A stretch of 37,809 bases of DNA from Nemertoderma westbladi (lineage: Eukaryota > Animalia > Xenacoelomorpha). The stretch covers positions 1 through 37,809 of the forward strand of contig JAUCBJ010003044.1 in assembly GCA_032718475.1 (NCBI GenBank). Direction: 5' to 3'. Position 1 is the stretch's first letter. Each line of letters begins with the position of its first letter. Both the position numbers and the translations under genes were made by a program. Positions 36,488 through 37,809 of this stretch are shown in pieces. Under the pieces are notes generated by a model. It had not been told where the DNA came from. It searched no databases and was given only the letters and a program-made list of their open reading frames with translations.

Positions 36488-36774
36488 TTTTTCCACGTTA
36501 ATGTACAACCCCCCACCATTGGTTACACACAACCTCATACGTTAGTACACTACCCCCACTGCTGTTATACACACCCTCAAGCGTTAGAGGTTTTGAGCCT
36601 AAAGAGACGCCATACTTTCCTACCTCTGTCAGTCTGTAATTTCACGTGTTGCACAAGCTAACATTGTGGATACAGTAACTGGGTTAATATTTGGAGTAGA
36701 AGCTTGAGTAACCAATATTACGAATTATATATTTATCTATTTATCAAGCACGTTACAAGTAAAAAAAACCTTAC

Positions 36775-36960
36775 CGGTAGGAGGTCAGGTCTAAGAGGTC
36801 ATAACCGTCAATTATTTAATCGGCAAACTCGACAGGATCTGTGTAAAAACACCTTTTCACAAAGGGTAGTTCAGTTCCGATATGGAACTGCAACTGACTC
36901 CCATCCAGTAGTCAATGACGATAATAAATTTATATTTACAAGAATGGTCAAAGAATTACA
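36775..36960 (+). mobile_element. CR1-like LINE ORF2 C-terminal relic
   Basis: GLRGHNRQLFNRQTRQDLCKNTFSQRVV resembles the xRGH..KL......D.RK.FFS.RVV..WN motif at the end of CR1-type ORF2; a degraded WN (TGGAAC) follows out of frame. Confidence 0.55.
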
Positions 36961-37491
36961 GTAAATATTATTTCATTTTGACGCTTCAATATGTTCATGT
37001 AATTATTTATTATTATTTTATATTTATTGCTGTGCCCTGTTTTTACGATGTTTTTAATTAATGTTTTTGCGATTAAAGACATTTTATGACATATTAATTA
37101 ATTTAAGTCTGTCAATTTTTATATCGGAATGACATAATTATTATCACGTATGTACCGCTATTGCCATGCCATTGATCTGTTTACTTTGTGCCTTTTTTAT
37201 TATGTGTATTTAGTTTTGTTTTACAACCGTCAGTGTTGTTTGTAACCTCTGGTTGTTTTTTCCTCGACCAAATTTTACTGCTTTCTAGTGTTAATAGAAA
37301 TAATAATAATAGACTATAAACTGATAAATAGAAAGGTACAATTTAAATTAAAATAATAAGAAAATTAATAATAGAAATAATAAAATTTGATAGAAATTAT
37401 ATATAAAACAGATAAAAAATAAATAAATTTAACTTTATTCTCCATTTTCTCAATGAATTATACTCGGAATGGCTAGTTTCTATATGCACTT

Positions 37492-37809
37492 GACACATTT
37501 AGCCGCCAACCCGGCTATACCGGTAATCCCGACACATTTAGCCGCCAACCCGGCTATACCGGTAATCCCGACACATTTAGCCGCCAACCCGGCTATAATC
37601 CCGCAACATTTCATTTCACTGGCCCAAACCGGCTACATTTAGCCGCCAAACCCGGCTATACCGGTAATCCCGACACATTTAGCCGCCAACCCGGCTATAC
37701 CGGTAATCCCGACACATTTAGCCGCCAACCCGGCTATAATCCCGCAACATTTCATTTCACCGGCCCAAACCGGCTACATTTAGCCGCCAAACCCGGCTAT
37801 ACCGGTAAT
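37492..37809. repeat. 39-bp tandem repeat with a 180-bp higher-order unit, runs off the window end
   Basis: GACACATTTAGCCGCCAACCCGGCTATACCGGTAATCCC at 37492, 37531 and 37570; the block repeats from 37672. Confidence 0.9.

Larger units (their letters stand above)
32694..36614. mobile_element. 3.9-kb foldback transposon with ~1017-bp TIRs containing 21-bp tandem arrays; TSD CTTTCC
   Basis: The left arm 32694-33710 is the reverse complement of the right arm 35598-36614 (TATGGCGTCTCTTTAGG...CCTAAAGAGACGCCATA). CTTTCC occurs at 32688-32693 and 36615-36620. No transposase ORF recognised in the spacer. Confidence 0.88.

Noticed and set aside
32789-36519. Cys-rich (YCSNVLP)n proteins
   Set aside because: They are translations of the 21-bp arrays within the foldback TIRs.

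Overview
AT-rich, repeat-dense eukaryotic (invertebrate-animal-like) genomic DNA; it is not prokaryotic. The window holds a complete five-exon Rap1 small-GTPase gene on the minus strand: coding exons 30728-30672, 25838-25713, 13112-12972, 11305-11165 and 7468-7379, giving 184 aa ending in CLLL, with all introns GT-AG and phase 0. An intronless paraoxonase/arylesterase (PON-family) gene lies on the plus strand inside the last Rap1 intron. The most unusual feature is Rap1 intron 2 (12.6 kb). Apart from ~123 bp it consists of ~329 tandem copies of a 38-bp unit made of the last 11 codons of exon 2 plus the 5' splice site, so the true donor is followed by hundreds of near-identical decoy donors. 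The rest is satellites (30, 24, 56, ~147, 21 and 39 bp units), two large foldback elements upstream of Rap1, two Mutator-like non-autonomous elements with target-site duplications (TSDs), Helitron-like pieces, tRNA-like SINE heads and LINE relics. All coordinates were read by eye; no database search was possible.
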